From NCBI GenBank assembly GCA_964475825.1, contig CAYYXT010000014.1:1-24920 (forward strand): 24,920 bases of DNA. Direction: 5' to 3'. The notes under the pieces are model-generated. The model ran no database searches. It had not been told where the DNA came from and saw nothing but the letters and a program-made list of their open reading frames with translations. The translations under genes were made by a program, and so were the position numbers. Origin of the DNA: an uncultured Nitrosopumilaceae archaeon (lineage in GTDB: Archaea > Thermoproteota > Nitrososphaeria > Nitrososphaerales > Nitrosopumilaceae). Below are positions 24,794 through 24,920 of this stretch, in pieces. The first letter of the stretch is position 1; each line of letters starts with the position of its first letter.

Positions 24794-24920
24794 TTGAGTG
24801 ACCCCAAAAAATCTAAAGACGCAGAAGACATTTTATCCGAATTTCATGATGCTCATATATTGTCAGAATCAGAACCACAATTACCTTCACCTGAATCAGA
24901 ACCACAATTACCTTCACCTG
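24794..24920 (+). CDS. 5' fragment of an ORF running off the window, entering a Pro/Glu/Ser tandem-repeat region
   Basis: The frame is open from a TTG at 24794 to the window end: LSDPKKSKDAEDILSEFHDAHILSESEPQLPSPESEPQLPSP. The start codon is uncertain and the ORF is partial. Confidence 0.3.
   Translation, partial: MSDPKKSKDAEDILSEFHDAHILSESEPQLPSPESEPQLPSP
24866..24919 (+). repeat. Perfect 27-nt tandem repeat, at least 2 units, truncated by the window edge
   Basis: gaatcagaaccacaattaccttcacct occurs at 24866..24892 and again, identically, at 24893..24919. In frame it encodes ESEPQLPSP. Confidence 0.9.

Overview
The window is AT-rich, roughly one-third G+C by eye. Its gene content points to an archaeal chromosome, most likely an ammonia-oxidising thaumarchaeon of the Nitrosopumilus type. 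That assignment is an inference from TFB, aSUI1, Sec61beta, CofC/CofD, a geranylgeranyl reductase, an Nre protein, a Y-family polymerase, an RNase P RNA and a cysteine-free archaeosortase homolog. The window splits into two parts. (1) Positions 1-4883 have low coding density and look accessory. They hold small membrane-anchored ORFs, four same-orientation copies of an intergenic repeat family, and a P-loop kinase-like gene followed by an Mrr-type PD-(D/E)xK nuclease gene. They also hold a 1.1-kb stretch with no ORF in the supplied track. That stretch actually contains a HisKA/DHp-like reading frame broken at two homopolymer runs, plus two cysteine-rich (CxC) micro-ORFs. (2) Positions 4884-24920 are densely packed and mostly housekeeping. 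Genes I could assign there are a DUF2070-like membrane protein, Sec61beta (below the track's length cutoff), a UPF0148 zinc ribbon, SUI1, a CPBP protease, TFB, cofC-cofD, RNase P RNA, GGR, DUF99, two dehydrogenases, DinB and Nre. The items I consider most worth follow-up in part 2 are listed here. One is a signal-peptide protein whose cytoplasmic tail is metallothionein-like. Another is a tandem pair of canonical C2H2 zinc-finger genes. A third is a DsbA gene apparently coupled to a small membrane protein with a CSCGP motif. A fourth is an orphan, leaderless BtuF-like binding protein. The last is an exosortase/archaeosortase homolog with no cysteine at all and Ser at the nucleophile position. 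All family calls come from motif recognition by eye; no database search or computation was possible.
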